Source: a bacterium BMS3Bbin08
GTDB taxonomy: Bacteria > Nitrospirota > Thermodesulfovibrionia > UBA6902 > BMS3Bbin08
NCBI GenBank assembly: GCA_002897775.1
Contig: BDTR01000032.1
Location: 5,556 to 69,555, forward strand
Length of the DNA: 64,000 nt
Reading direction: 5' to 3'
Translations under genes and position numbers: made by a program
Shown: positions 46,049 through 55,290 of the stretch, one piece after another
Layout of the letters: each line of letters opens with the position of its first letter
How positions within the stretch are numbered: position 1 is the stretch's first letter
Notes under the pieces: generated by a model
What the model was told of the DNA's origin: nothing
Databases searched by the model: none
Seen by the model: the letters and a program-made list of their open reading frames with translations, nothing else

Positions 46049-46403
46049 GATTATGGTTATTGACGATGAAAAGGTTGTCGGAGATATGGCGAGGATGACT
46101 CTTGAACAGGAAGGTTATACGGTAGAGACCTTTTTAAGCGCGGAACCCGCGCTGGAGAGATTAAAGGAAGAGAAATTCAACGTAGTCGTCACAGACTATA
46201 AGATGAAAGGCATTGACGGTATGGAGGTCCTCAGGATTGTAAAGGAGCTATATCCGGAAACGGTAGTAATAATGATCACGGCATTTGCCAACCTGGATGC
46301 CGCGATAGAAGCACTGCGCTCGGATGTCCATGACTTTTTTCCGAAACCCGTCAAAATAAAGGAATTGAAAGCCTCCATCAAACGCGCATTAAGTAAGGAC
46401 TGA
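46035..46403 (+). CDS. single-domain response regulator (receiver), overlaps the kinase stop by 14 nt
   Basis: Start at ATG 46035 (MESYRIMVIDDEKVVGD...) after AAGGAGAAGG. VVVTDYKMKGIDG...VVIMITAF...DFFPKP. Confidence 0.85.
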   Translation: MESYRIMVIDDEKVVGDMARMTLEQEGYTVETFLSAEPALERLKEEKFNVVVTDYKMKGIDGMEVLRIVKELYPETVVIMITAFANLDAAIEALRSDVHDFFPKPVKIKELKASIKRALSKD

Positions 46404-46572
46404 AAAGAGACAAATTACCTTTACTATACGGGAAGCTTTTGACCCGTAAGACGATACCCGTGGGCATTTCGGGCTTTTCTATTTTCCTCCGGAAGTCAAA
46501 AACAAGTTCGAAATTGTTACAGTAAATAAAATTGCGGAAGCGGTTTACAGGTACTTGCGGCGAATCCGGGAT

Positions 46573-46896
46573 TTACAACAGGGTTTTCAGGAACTCCCTG
46601 TATTCCAAAGGCGGTTCTGTTATCTGCATTCCAATGCTCAATGTTGAATGCGTTGTGGCTTTATAAAACCACTTGACCTTGCAGTTTAGAATGAGCTTCT
46701 CTCCTGAAGGAAGACGGAATTTAAGCTTGACAGGTTTTTCACGGGCAATGCCCGGATCGATTCCAGGGGTCGCGTGCAGAATTATAAATATACCCTCTTC
46801 TGAGACGTTTGCTATTATTCCGGTATAATTCCCATTATCCATGACAAGCTCGGCCTCTGAGCTTATAACCGTTCTCTGGAAACGTCTCTGTTTCAT
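46573..46896 (-). CDS. PilZ-domain protein (putative c-di-GMP receptor)
   Basis: 107 aa. QRRFQR (RxxxR) and NVSEEG (D/NxSxxG) motifs. Confidence 0.6.
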   Translation of the reverse strand: MKQRRFQRTVISSEAELVMDNGNYTGIIANVSEEGIFIILHATPGIDPGIAREKPVKLKFRLPSGEKLILNCKVKWFYKATTHSTLSIGMQITEPPLEYREFLKTLL

Positions 46897-46956
46897 GCTG
46901 TTTTATTTTATAGTTTCAGTCCCGCATATTCAAATTAAAAACATAATGTCCCCGGC

Positions 46957-48240
46957 TTATATCTCTTCCAGAGCGTTTGCCATCCTGCTTCCTTCCTCTT
47001 CATTTACAAAAAAAAGTAAAACAGCTCCGGAAATGAATAGCACTATAATGGACAGTATGCCAACGCGGGGATCACCAAAGACCACGCCAATCCAGCCCAT
47101 TAATATCGGTCCTATTACCGCCGCGAATTTTCCGAGCATGTTGTAAAAACCGAAGAATTCTGCTGATTTGTTTTGAGGTATGATACGTGTAAAGAACGAA
47201 CGGCTAAGCGACTGCACACCTCCCTGCACAAGCCCTATTGATACAGCAAGTGCATAGAACTCTGTAACATTAGTCATAAAAAATGCCCATATAGTTACAG
47301 CAATATAGACAAAGATTCCAATAAAGATCCCTGTCTTTGGCCCAAACTTCTCTCCAATTTTCCCAAAGGCTATGGCAGACGGGAAACCTACGAACTGTGT
47401 GATCAGCAGAGCGACTATTAACGCGTTTGCGTCAAAACCGAGTGACAGACCATAGTCTACAGCCATGCGGACGATGGTATCAACACCATCAATATAAAGC
47501 CAGTATCCAAGCAGGAACAGAAACACAACGCGCAAACGCCGGACCTCAGCGAATGTTGCGCGAAACTGCCGGAAACCTCCGGCAACGGCGTGCCACCCTC
47601 TTGATCTATCCCTGACCGCGGGTTCTTTCACAAAGAGAAATAATGGAACAGAGAATACTGCCCACCATATTGCCACCAGGATAAATGATAGCCGCACTGC
47701 CTCGCTCTGACCGGATAATCCAAAAAATCCGGGGTTAAGCGTCATGGCCACGTTCAGGGCAAAGAGCAGACCACCGCCGAGATAACCAAAGGCGAACCCC
47801 AAAGCAGATACAAAGTCCACCTTGTTGCGGCCGGAAACATTAATGAGCAATGAGTCATAGAAGATATTCCCGCCGGAAAAACCGATTATACCGAATACAT
47901 ATAAAAGTACCGCAAGGGGCCAGTCTCCTTTTGAGACAAAGTAGAGCGCGCCTGTCATCACTATCCCCATTGATGTGAAGAACAAAAGGAACTTTTTCTT
48001 TGAGCCTCCTCTGTCCGCGATCGCGCCGAGTATAGGCGCCAGCGCTACAATTACCAGGCTCGCGAAAGAGTTCGCGGCGCCCAGTCTGAACGTACTTAAA
48101 GTCGCGTTAGCGTCAGGACCCCAGTATTGCTTGAAAAAAACAGGAAAAAAGCCCGCCATTACTGTTGTGGCGAACGCTGAATTGGCCCAATCGTAAAACG
48201 CCCAGGATATGGTTTTTTTTCTGTCACGCTCGTGTTCCAT
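46957..48240 (-). CDS. MFS transporter
   Basis: 427 aa, 12 TM. MFS loop motif (GAIADRGGSKKK). Confidence 0.8.
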   Translation of the reverse strand: MEHERDRKKTISWAFYDWANSAFATTVMAGFFPVFFKQYWGPDANATLSTFRLGAANSFASLVIVALAPILGAIADRGGSKKKFLLFFTSMGIVMTGALYFVSKGDWPLAVLLYVFGIIGFSGGNIFYDSLLINVSGRNKVDFVSALGFAFGYLGGGLLFALNVAMTLNPGFFGLSGQSEAVRLSFILVAIWWAVFSVPLFLFVKEPAVRDRSRGWHAVAGGFRQFRATFAEVRRLRVVFLFLLGYWLYIDGVDTIVRMAVDYGLSLGFDANALIVALLITQFVGFPSAIAFGKIGEKFGPKTGIFIGIFVYIAVTIWAFFMTNVTEFYALAVSIGLVQGGVQSLSRSFFTRIIPQNKSAEFFGFYNMLGKFAAVIGPILMGWIGVVFGDPRVGILSIIVLFISGAVLLFFVNEEEGSRMANALEEI

Positions 48241-48315
48241 GGTTGTTTTAAAAATAATAAGAAAGTTCTGCCTTAGCGGGTGGATAACGTTTTCTCCGGA
48301 TGATTCAAGTACAAA

Positions 48316-48591
48316 TCATTTGGTGACCATGTCAGCCATCATCGGTCCGAGCATGTCCTTTACCATGTCGGTAAAATCATCTGCTCTTATTAATGAGATA
48401 CAGCCGACCTTGTCGTCCTTTCCCCACGTTATAACGATCAGTTTGTCACCGGGCTTAATATTCGCTTTTTCCCTTAATTCCTTCGGGAGTATCATCTGCC
48501 CCCTCTCGTCTATGCTTATTACTGATTCCACATTGCAGCAACTCACTGCCTTATTCGACGGATGACAGCCGCCCTTGCTCTTCTTAGCCAT
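48316..48591 (-). CDS. AbrB/MazE/SpoVT-family DNA-binding protein with a Cys-rich N-terminal extension
   Basis: 91 aa. Swapped-hairpin motif IDERGQMILPKELREKANIKPGDKL. N-terminus GGCHPSNKAVSCCNV. Confidence 0.6.
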   Translation of the reverse strand: MAKKSKGGCHPSNKAVSCCNVESVISIDERGQMILPKELREKANIKPGDKLIVITWGKDDKVGCISLIRADDFTDMVKDMLGPMMADMVTK

Positions 48592-48834
48592 GTCTACCCC
48601 TTCAGATTATTTAATTTTTTCAGTATTTACTGAATATTCTGATTTTACGGTAGCTCATAAAAGAGGTGGTGTCAAGTGTTTTTTTATTGACGATTGACGA
48701 ATAACAATACGCAGTTTGAACGGTTTGAGCAGCCTGCCCCGCTCGCCTCGCGGCGAAGCAGCTGGTACCCTTTAGTGGTTTACGGGGGTTTATGCAATTT
48801 GAACCAAAAACTTAGGATAGTCAACTTTGATATA

Positions 48835-49608
48835 ATGGTAGTCATGATGAACGGGTTTAGAGTTGTGATAATTGTTCTGTGCGCGGTCTTAATGTCGTCT
48901 TTTTCCGCGTTCGCCCAGAAAGGGCTTGATGTGCGGGAGATAGTTGACAAGGTCGACAAACTCTACCGGAGCGATACAAGCCGGAGTGAAGTGGAGATGA
49001 CAGTTGTATCGGAGCACTGGGAGCGGACGTTTACCATGAATATCTGGACAGAAGGCATGGACAGGACATTCATCTATATTACAGGCCCCAGGAAGGACGC
49101 CGGCATTTCGACTCTCCGCATTGGAAGCGAGATGTGGAATTATTTGCCAAAGATCAACAAGGTGATGAAGGTGCCTCCGTCAATGATGATGAGTTCATGG
49201 ATGGGTTCGGACTTTACAAACGACGACCTTGTAAAAGAAAGCTCAATGATCAAGGACTATAACTTAAGATTTATAACACCGGCTGACGCAGAGACTGATA
49301 ACTATTATATTGAGCTGATACCCAAAAAAGATATTCCAATTGTTTGGACAAAGATTATTCTTATAGTGCGGAAGAAAGACTACATACCCATTGAGCAGTC
49401 CTATTTTGACGAAAAGGGGCGGAAAATGAGAATAATGACTTTTAGTGAAATAAAGAAATTCGGCAGCAGAAGCCTGCCTTCCGTATTGGAGATGAGACCT
49501 TTGAACAAGCCCAAAAAAAAGACGGTTATACGTTATAAGGATCTGGGATTTGATGTAAAACTGAAACCGGACGTATTTACGTTGCGGAATCTGCAAAAAA
49601 AACGGTGA
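48835..49608 (+). CDS. LolA-like outer-membrane lipoprotein-sorting family protein (periplasmic, signal peptide)
   Basis: Start placed at the ATG at 48835 (MVVMMNGFRVVIIVLCAVLMSSFSAFAQKG). LolA-like beta-barrel region. Followed by two FtsX permeases and an ABC ATPase. Confidence 0.55.
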   Translation: MVVMMNGFRVVIIVLCAVLMSSFSAFAQKGLDVREIVDKVDKLYRSDTSRSEVEMTVVSEHWERTFTMNIWTEGMDRTFIYITGPRKDAGISTLRIGSEMWNYLPKINKVMKVPPSMMMSSWMGSDFTNDDLVKESSMIKDYNLRFITPADAETDNYYIELIPKKDIPIVWTKIILIVRKKDYIPIEQSYFDEKGRKMRIMTFSEIKKFGSRSLPSVLEMRPLNKPKKKTVIRYKDLGFDVKLKPDVFTLRNLQKKR

Positions 49609-49680
49609 AGTTATTGAGTAATTAAGTTATTAAGTCATTTTACTTAATGACTCGCTGACAGAATGACTTAATGACTATTT
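49609..49680. repeat. AT-rich word-repeat spacer (LolA-like to FtsX), same family
   Basis: agttattgagtaattaagttattaagtcattttacttaatgactcgctgacagaatgacttaatgactattt. Confidence 0.7.
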
Positions 49681-50905
49681 GGTTGAAGTGATCATTCTAA
49701 AGATAGCGTTCAGAAATATATTCCGCCATAAAAAGCGTTCCGCTCTTACGGGTCTGATGATGGCCGGAGGGTGTGCATTGTTCGCGCTTTCCATAGGAAT
49801 GGTTGACGGAGGATACGGCAATCTCATCGACATGTTCACGCGTGACCACACCGGGCATATTCAGGTGCATAAAAAAGGGTATCTTGATAAGCCTTCGATA
49901 TATAGTACCATCGATAACCCTGATTCCGTCGGCAAAAAGATACAGTCGGTCGCTCATGTCCAGTCATGGGCGCCCAGGGTTTATACTCCTGCGCTTGCTT
50001 TTGCGGGCAAAAAAACAACCAATGTCCGGGTCGTCGGCATAGATCCGATCAGAGAGGCAAGAACAACACGGATAAAATACAAAGTTGACATAGGGCGGTT
50101 CATCTCCGAAGCGCCTTTAAATGAGGCGGTAATAAGTGACAGGCTCGCGCGGCTCCTTAAAATCGATCTCAATGGAGAAATAGCCCTGATCACTCAGGGC
50201 GCGGACGGTTCCATAGCAAACGAACTGTTCACTGTTGTCGGTATTACAGGTAAGTCCGGGGAAACGTCGGGAACCTCAACATGTTACATGCATATAAAAA
50301 CCGCTCAGGACTTTCTTTCGCTTGGAGGCGGGGTACATGAGATAGCGGTTGTGCTTACAGATCAGGCGCTTACAATGAAGACGGTAGGGTTGATAAAAAG
50401 CGCTCTTCAGGATCCGTCCCTTGAAGTTGATCCGTGGCAGGTGGTTGAGAGCCAGTTTTACAGGGCAATGAAGGCGGACATCAAGGGTAGCTGGTATACC
50501 ATAGTGATCTTTACGATAATCATTGCCGTAGGAGTGCTGAACACAGTACTTATGATAATACTTGAAAGGACCCGGGAGTTCGGGGTCTTAAAGGCGCTCG
50601 GTACGAGACCGCTTCAGATATTTATGCTTATTGTGTATGAGACGGTCTTTCTTGCGGTACTGAGTATAATTATCGGTACTGCAGTTGGAATGTCCGCCAA
50701 CTGGTGGTTCCATGAATACGGGATAACCCTTGCAAACCCTATTGAATACGGCGGCTACTTTTTTGACACAATAACAGCAAAGATAACGCTCCGGTCCCTG
50801 GTCCTGCCGGCCATGATTATTTTTGGCACTGCTTTGATCGTAAGCATATGGCCTGCCATAAGGGCTGCACGAATAATACCTGTAAAGGCAATGAGGTCAA
50901 ATTAA
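49679..50905 (+). CDS. ABC transporter permease, FtsX/LolC/MacB family
   Basis: 408 aa. N-terminal TM, large periplasmic domain and a C-terminal three-TM FtsX domain. Confidence 0.8.
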   Translation: MVEVIILKIAFRNIFRHKKRSALTGLMMAGGCALFALSIGMVDGGYGNLIDMFTRDHTGHIQVHKKGYLDKPSIYSTIDNPDSVGKKIQSVAHVQSWAPRVYTPALAFAGKKTTNVRVVGIDPIREARTTRIKYKVDIGRFISEAPLNEAVISDRLARLLKIDLNGEIALITQGADGSIANELFTVVGITGKSGETSGTSTCYMHIKTAQDFLSLGGGVHEIAVVLTDQALTMKTVGLIKSALQDPSLEVDPWQVVESQFYRAMKADIKGSWYTIVIFTIIIAVGVLNTVLMIILERTREFGVLKALGTRPLQIFMLIVYETVFLAVLSIIIGTAVGMSANWWFHEYGITLANPIEYGGYFFDTITAKITLRSLVLPAMIIFGTALIVSIWPAIRAARIIPVKAMRSN

Positions 50906-50908
50906 CCT

Positions 50909-52135
50909 ATGAAACTGCTCTTAAAGCTTGCATGGAGGAACGTGCTCAGGAACAAAAGAAGAACGGTGCTGGCCGGGCTGGCGGTTGGCATTGCATTGGC
51001 TTCCATGATATTTATAGACGGCCTTTATATCGGCATGCTGGAGAGCATGATAAGAACAGCAACAGACACATTCCTCGGGCAGGGGCAGATACACGCGGAA
51101 GGTTTCCGCGATACGCTTGAGGTGGAGAAGACCATTCACAATCCAGAAGAACTTATGAAGTCTCTTGATTCAGAAGAGATTCTGGCCGGCTTTTCAGAGC
51201 GCACTGTTTCGATCGCCATGCTGAGTTCCGCGGCCGGAGTGAACTCTGTTGTGCTTTATGGAATAAATCCTGAAAGGGAAAGGCGCATATCCATGATAGA
51301 CGAGGCAATAAAAAAAGGAGACTACATTGCTTCTGATAATGCCGGGCAGATACTCATAGGCTCGAAAATAGCTGAAATACTTGAGGTCGGAACAGGGGAC
51401 AGACTGGTGCTTACGACCGCGCAGGCCGGTACAGGCGAACTTTCTCAGGATCTGTTCAGGGTAACAGGTATTTTTCATATGGACATAAGGAAGATGGACA
51501 GCGGAATGGCATTTATAAATATCGATCGTTCACGTGACCTGCTTGCCCTTGGACAGGGTATCCATGAGATAGCGCTAAAGTTTAAGAATATTGACGACTC
51601 GGGTGACCGTTCGCTCGCCTTCTGGAGAAAATACTCCACAGACGGCAATGAAGCGATCGGATGGAGGGACCTGATCCCTCAGCTGGACGGTATTATTGAT
51701 ATGACAAAAATATCAACTGTTATAACGTCTTTTCTGGTGTTTTGTATTGTAGCCGTGATAATAATGCACGCTCTTTTTATGTCCCTGTATGAAAGGATGT
51801 TCGAGTTCGGCATTCTCAGGGCATTGGGGACAAGGCCGGTGAACATGGCTCTCATCATTTTTTTTGAATCAGCGGCGCTTTCATTAATAAGCATTGTTAT
51901 GGGCCTGGGCCTGGCCTTTGTTTTTATGCAGGTTTTTTCAGTGTACGGCATCAATTATAAAGGTATTGAGTTCGCGGGTGTTACAATAACCGAGTTGATG
52001 TACCCGGTGATGACCGTGAAGCAGTTCACGCTCTATCCTTTTTTAATATTTATATTTTCCCTGGTCGCGGCGATCTATCCGGCTGTTTTCGCGGCTAAGA
52101 TGACCCCGGCAAGGGCGATGCGGAGAAGCATGTAA
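50909..52135 (+). CDS. ABC transporter permease, FtsX family (second)
   Basis: 408 aa, same architecture. Confidence 0.8.
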   Translation: MKLLLKLAWRNVLRNKRRTVLAGLAVGIALASMIFIDGLYIGMLESMIRTATDTFLGQGQIHAEGFRDTLEVEKTIHNPEELMKSLDSEEILAGFSERTVSIAMLSSAAGVNSVVLYGINPERERRISMIDEAIKKGDYIASDNAGQILIGSKIAEILEVGTGDRLVLTTAQAGTGELSQDLFRVTGIFHMDIRKMDSGMAFINIDRSRDLLALGQGIHEIALKFKNIDDSGDRSLAFWRKYSTDGNEAIGWRDLIPQLDGIIDMTKISTVITSFLVFCIVAVIIMHALFMSLYERMFEFGILRALGTRPVNMALIIFFESAALSLISIVMGLGLAFVFMQVFSVYGINYKGIEFAGVTITELMYPVMTVKQFTLYPFLIFIFSLVAAIYPAVFAAKMTPARAMRRSM

Positions 52136-52231
52136 TTAAAAGAAGTAGAGAGTAACGAGTAGCGGGAAAAAAATAAAATCTAATAATAAAGATGTACAGT
52201 AAAACAATCTTGCTACTCTCTACTTATTTGA
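52135..52231. repeat. 19-nt motif TTAAAAGAAGTAGAGAGTA with an inverted copy (TACTCTCTACTT) 60 nt downstream; a second direct copy at 52941..52961 flanks the ABC ATPase gene
   Basis: Direct copies at 52135..52155 and 52941..52961, inverted copy at about 52217..52229, read directly. Confidence 0.65.
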
Positions 52232-52245
52232 CTAAAGGAGGAATA

Positions 52246-52938
52246 ATGTCTGAAGCGGTAATAGAAATACAGGGCGTGTCAAAGATCTACCGGGCAGATG
52301 AAGTAGAAGTGCACGCGGTCAGGTCGTTAAATCTGACAATTAATGCGGGTGAGTTCACTGCGATTGCCGGACCGTCAGGTTCGGGTAAAACAACATTGCT
52401 TAATGTAATGAGCGGTCTTGACACACCGACCGCCGGCCGTGTGCTCCTGGCCGGTAAATACATAAGTGAAATGAAAGGCAGTGAGCTTTCTGATTTCAGG
52501 CGAGACCATATAGGTTTTATATTTCAGTCATATAACCTCATACCGGTTCTTACGGTAAAGGAGAACATCGAATACATAATGCTGCTTCAGGGTATTGGTG
52601 AAGATGAAAGACGCGACCGTGTTGCATCCATATTAAAGCGGGTCGGGCTTGAGGGAATGGAGGGCAGACTGCCCAAACAGCTCTCAGGCGGACAGCAGCA
52701 GAGGGTCGCTGTTGCAAGGGCAATGGTATCAAGGCCTGACATAATACTTGCTGACGAGCCTACAGCCAACCTTGACTCGCATACCGGCGCGTCACTTCTG
52801 GATATGATGCGCGAGCTTAATGAAAAAAGCGGCATGACCTTTGTGTTTTCCACTCATGACAACATGATCATGCAGAGGGCAAGGAGACTGGTGCTTTTAA
52901 AAGACGGCGAAATAGACAGGGACGAAGTGAGAGGATGA
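52246..52938 (+). CDS. ABC transporter ATP-binding protein (LolD/MacB-type)
   Basis: Start at ATG 52246 (MSEAVIEIQGVSKIY) after AAGGAGG. Walker A GPSGSGKTT, signature LSGGQQQR, Walker B ILADEPT. Confidence 0.88.
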   Translation: MSEAVIEIQGVSKIYRADEVEVHAVRSLNLTINAGEFTAIAGPSGSGKTTLLNVMSGLDTPTAGRVLLAGKYISEMKGSELSDFRRDHIGFIFQSYNLIPVLTVKENIEYIMLLQGIGEDERRDRVASILKRVGLEGMEGRLPKQLSGGQQQRVAVARAMVSRPDIILADEPTANLDSHTGASLLDMMRELNEKSGMTFVFSTHDNMIMQRARRLVLLKDGEIDRDEVRG

Positions 52939-52969
52939 AGTTAAAAGAAGTAGAGAGTAGAGAGAAAAA

Positions 52970-53019
52970 ATGTAAAATGTAAAATGTAAAATCTAAAATG
53001 TAAAATTTGAAATGTAAAA
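52970..53019. repeat. heptamer microsatellite (ATGTAAA) with about seven degenerate copies
   Basis: aatgtaaaatgtaaaatgtaaaatctaaaatgtaaaatttgaaatgtaaaatc read directly. Lies in the spacer between the ABC ATPase and the outer-membrane-protein gene. Confidence 0.75.
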
Positions 53020-53046
53020 TCTCGCTACTTACGTAAGGAATGAAGG

Positions 53047-54276
53047 ATGAAGGACTATAGACGACTGACGAGCATGTTGAGAACTTTTCTCCTGTTTTTT
53101 TTAATTCTTACTTCCACTCTTCTGTTATTCCGGGCTTCAGCTTTTGCTGATGAGACCGGTGTCAAAGCGACCGGTTATGCCCGGAATTTTTTTATACTGA
53201 CAAACCTGGGCGATGATATGGCATTTGACGCCCTGTCCCGGTTAAGGCTCAGGCTTAATGTCAAACCGTCTGAATCTTCTTATTTTGAGGTCGCGTACGA
53301 ATTAGTTCCAGGGTTCAGGGATGGGGACATCAGCTCTGCGTATGTCCCGGGCCCGGCGCTTTTTTCTTACCGGGCCGTTGACCTGGATGAGAACATATAT
53401 CCCCCTGACAAAAACTCAGGCAGTGACTTTGTGCTTGCCCAGAATCTTGACAGGCTGTTACTGACTCTGAGCACCTCTGCCCTTGATATATCCATAGGCC
53501 GTCAGTCCATTGCGTTCGGCTCTGCTCGTGTTATTAACCCCACGGACATAATCGCTCCTTTTGTCTATAACACTATTGCGAAAGAAGAACTTGTCGGTGC
53601 TGATGCCTTAAGAGTAAAAACACCGCTATCCGAGATGGGAGAGCTGGACATGGGAATAGTGTTTGGAGATGATTTTGAGCCTGACAAGAGTGCTGGTTTT
53701 ATTCGCTTAAAAACATACCAGGTTCAAACTGACATCGCTTTCATGGTAATGGTGTTCAGGAAAAACATTCTTGTTGGTATTGACCTGGCACGCTCAATAG
53801 GAGGTGCGGGCGCGTGGTTTGAAGCAGCGCAGGTATTTGCACAGGGGGCATCAGGGGAAAACTACCTGAGGCTGTCAGTTGGCGCTGACTACAGTTTTAC
53901 AGACGGACTTTATACTTATATTGAGTATCATTACAGCGGCGCCGGCACCGGCAGTCCTGAGAACTATTTTAACGCTATTGCTGAAACCGCCTTTACTGAC
54001 GGCGCGGTGTACCTTCTCGGCAGGCATTATATAGCGCCCGGGCTTACTTATGAGATCACCCCGCTTCTTGTTTTTAGTGCTCAAGCCCTTGTGAATGTAG
54101 AGGACTGGTCCGCGCTTGGCTCAACAGGGTTTGAGTATAACGCGGCAGAGGATGTTTACGTGAATCTGGGAGCGTATGTCGGGCTGGGGCAGGAGTCTGA
54201 TGATCCCACCCGTCCTGAGAACGAGTTCGGACTTTATCCGGATGTGTATTACACTGCATTGAACTTCTATTTTTAA
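53047..54276 (+). CDS. putative outer-membrane beta-barrel protein (signal peptide, C-terminal aromatic residue)
   Basis: 409 aa. Signal peptide, alternating amphipathic strands and a C-terminal ...YTALNFYF. Confidence 0.5.
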   Translation: MKDYRRLTSMLRTFLLFFLILTSTLLLFRASAFADETGVKATGYARNFFILTNLGDDMAFDALSRLRLRLNVKPSESSYFEVAYELVPGFRDGDISSAYVPGPALFSYRAVDLDENIYPPDKNSGSDFVLAQNLDRLLLTLSTSALDISIGRQSIAFGSARVINPTDIIAPFVYNTIAKEELVGADALRVKTPLSEMGELDMGIVFGDDFEPDKSAGFIRLKTYQVQTDIAFMVMVFRKNILVGIDLARSIGGAGAWFEAAQVFAQGASGENYLRLSVGADYSFTDGLYTYIEYHYSGAGTGSPENYFNAIAETAFTDGAVYLLGRHYIAPGLTYEITPLLVFSAQALVNVEDWSALGSTGFEYNAAEDVYVNLGAYVGLGQESDDPTRPENEFGLYPDVYYTALNFYF

Positions 54277-54334
54277 CCTTCCGTCTGTTACTTATCACCG
54301 CCTTTTATATCTAAAGTAAATCATTGAACATTAA

Positions 54335-54619
54335 CTATAACACTTTAATTTTAATCAAAAGAATTCCTCGAAGCTTGCTGCGGGGTAGTTCATTGGATTG
54401 TACTTCATAAGATTTTTCTCCGACAGCAACTTCAAAGTAGAGGTCCTGAGTCTCTGGATCAATGAGAATAAGACTGCCTGACTCTGTGTCCAGGAGTCTG
54501 GTCGCTGCCTCGATGACTTTTGTTTTTATCGTGTATGGATCAAGAGTCGAATTTATAAGCGCCGTCATTTCCACAAGCGTGTTCAGCTGCTGGAGTTTTT
54601 TATTCTGGGGGTCGAGCAT
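54335..54619 (-). pseudogene. GAF-domain N-terminal fragment (94 aa)
   Basis: Looks like the start of a GAF domain (LQQLNTLVEMTALINSTLD...GSLILID). It ends abruptly and no continuation is found in other frames. Confidence 0.35.
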
Positions 54620-54782
54620 TTAATATATCCGATGCGTCGTTTCCTTAAGGATTCAGCCGCCTCAGAGTGAGGAGCTACTCTACTATTATATATATATAGC
54701 GAAAACATGCAAATAGAGGCTTGGCCCGCTCTATTCCCTGCTAACGGCTCAATTCCCTGGAGGGGGCTATATCATCCTTTTT

Positions 54783-55043
54783 GTGAGGGTGTCTGATCTG
54801 TCATCAATACCCTGGCCTTGTAAGGCTGGAGAAAAGGATAAAGAACTGGAATATTTCCATAAGGACATAGCAAAGAAAGAGATCAGCATCGCGTGCAGTG
54901 AATGTCATTCTTTAGACGGTATAATGGATTACGAAAAGCTGGGTTTTGACGAGAAAAAGGCCAGGCAGCTTAAGACCATAAATATCAAAGGACTGATAAC
55001 CAAGTATGATATTTTCTATCTTCCCCAAATGCTGTACCACTGA
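54783..55043 (+). CDS. small CxxCH-containing c-type cytochrome-like ORF, possibly a fragment
   Basis: 86 aa. Single heme-binding motif IACSECHS. No signal peptide is evident from the GTG start. Confidence 0.3.
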   Translation: MRVSDLSSIPWPCKAGEKDKELEYFHKDIAKKEISIACSECHSLDGIMDYEKLGFDEKKARQLKTINIKGLITKYDIFYLPQMLYH

Positions 55044-55290
55044 TCTGCGCGTAATTCAGATTTTTTTAAAAGGGTTGCCCTTAGTTTTGAAATATGGATA
55101 AAATATGATAGGATTAAAACAGGTTATCCGCCTACGCACAGATCAAAGTATAGAGGCTTCGGCGGATTTCGCTATTGGCGGATAACCATCCGAAGCCTTG
55201 GCGCAGGAGGGTATTCAGGAAGGTACCACGGGCCTGCCTGCCGGTAGGCGGGCTTGCCCGTAGGGTTCCATGATTTAATAAAAGGGGGGC

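Noticed and set aside
28236-46403. Mobile genetic element or genomic island with integrase
   Set aside because: I found no integrase, transposase, recombinase, att-like tRNA-flanking direct repeats or phage genes. The duplicated kinase/receiver pairs look like a paralog expansion rather than IS-mediated insertion.
52970-53019. Possible CRISPR array
   Set aside because: The unit is only 7 nt with no spacers, so it is a microsatellite and not a CRISPR array. There are no cas genes.
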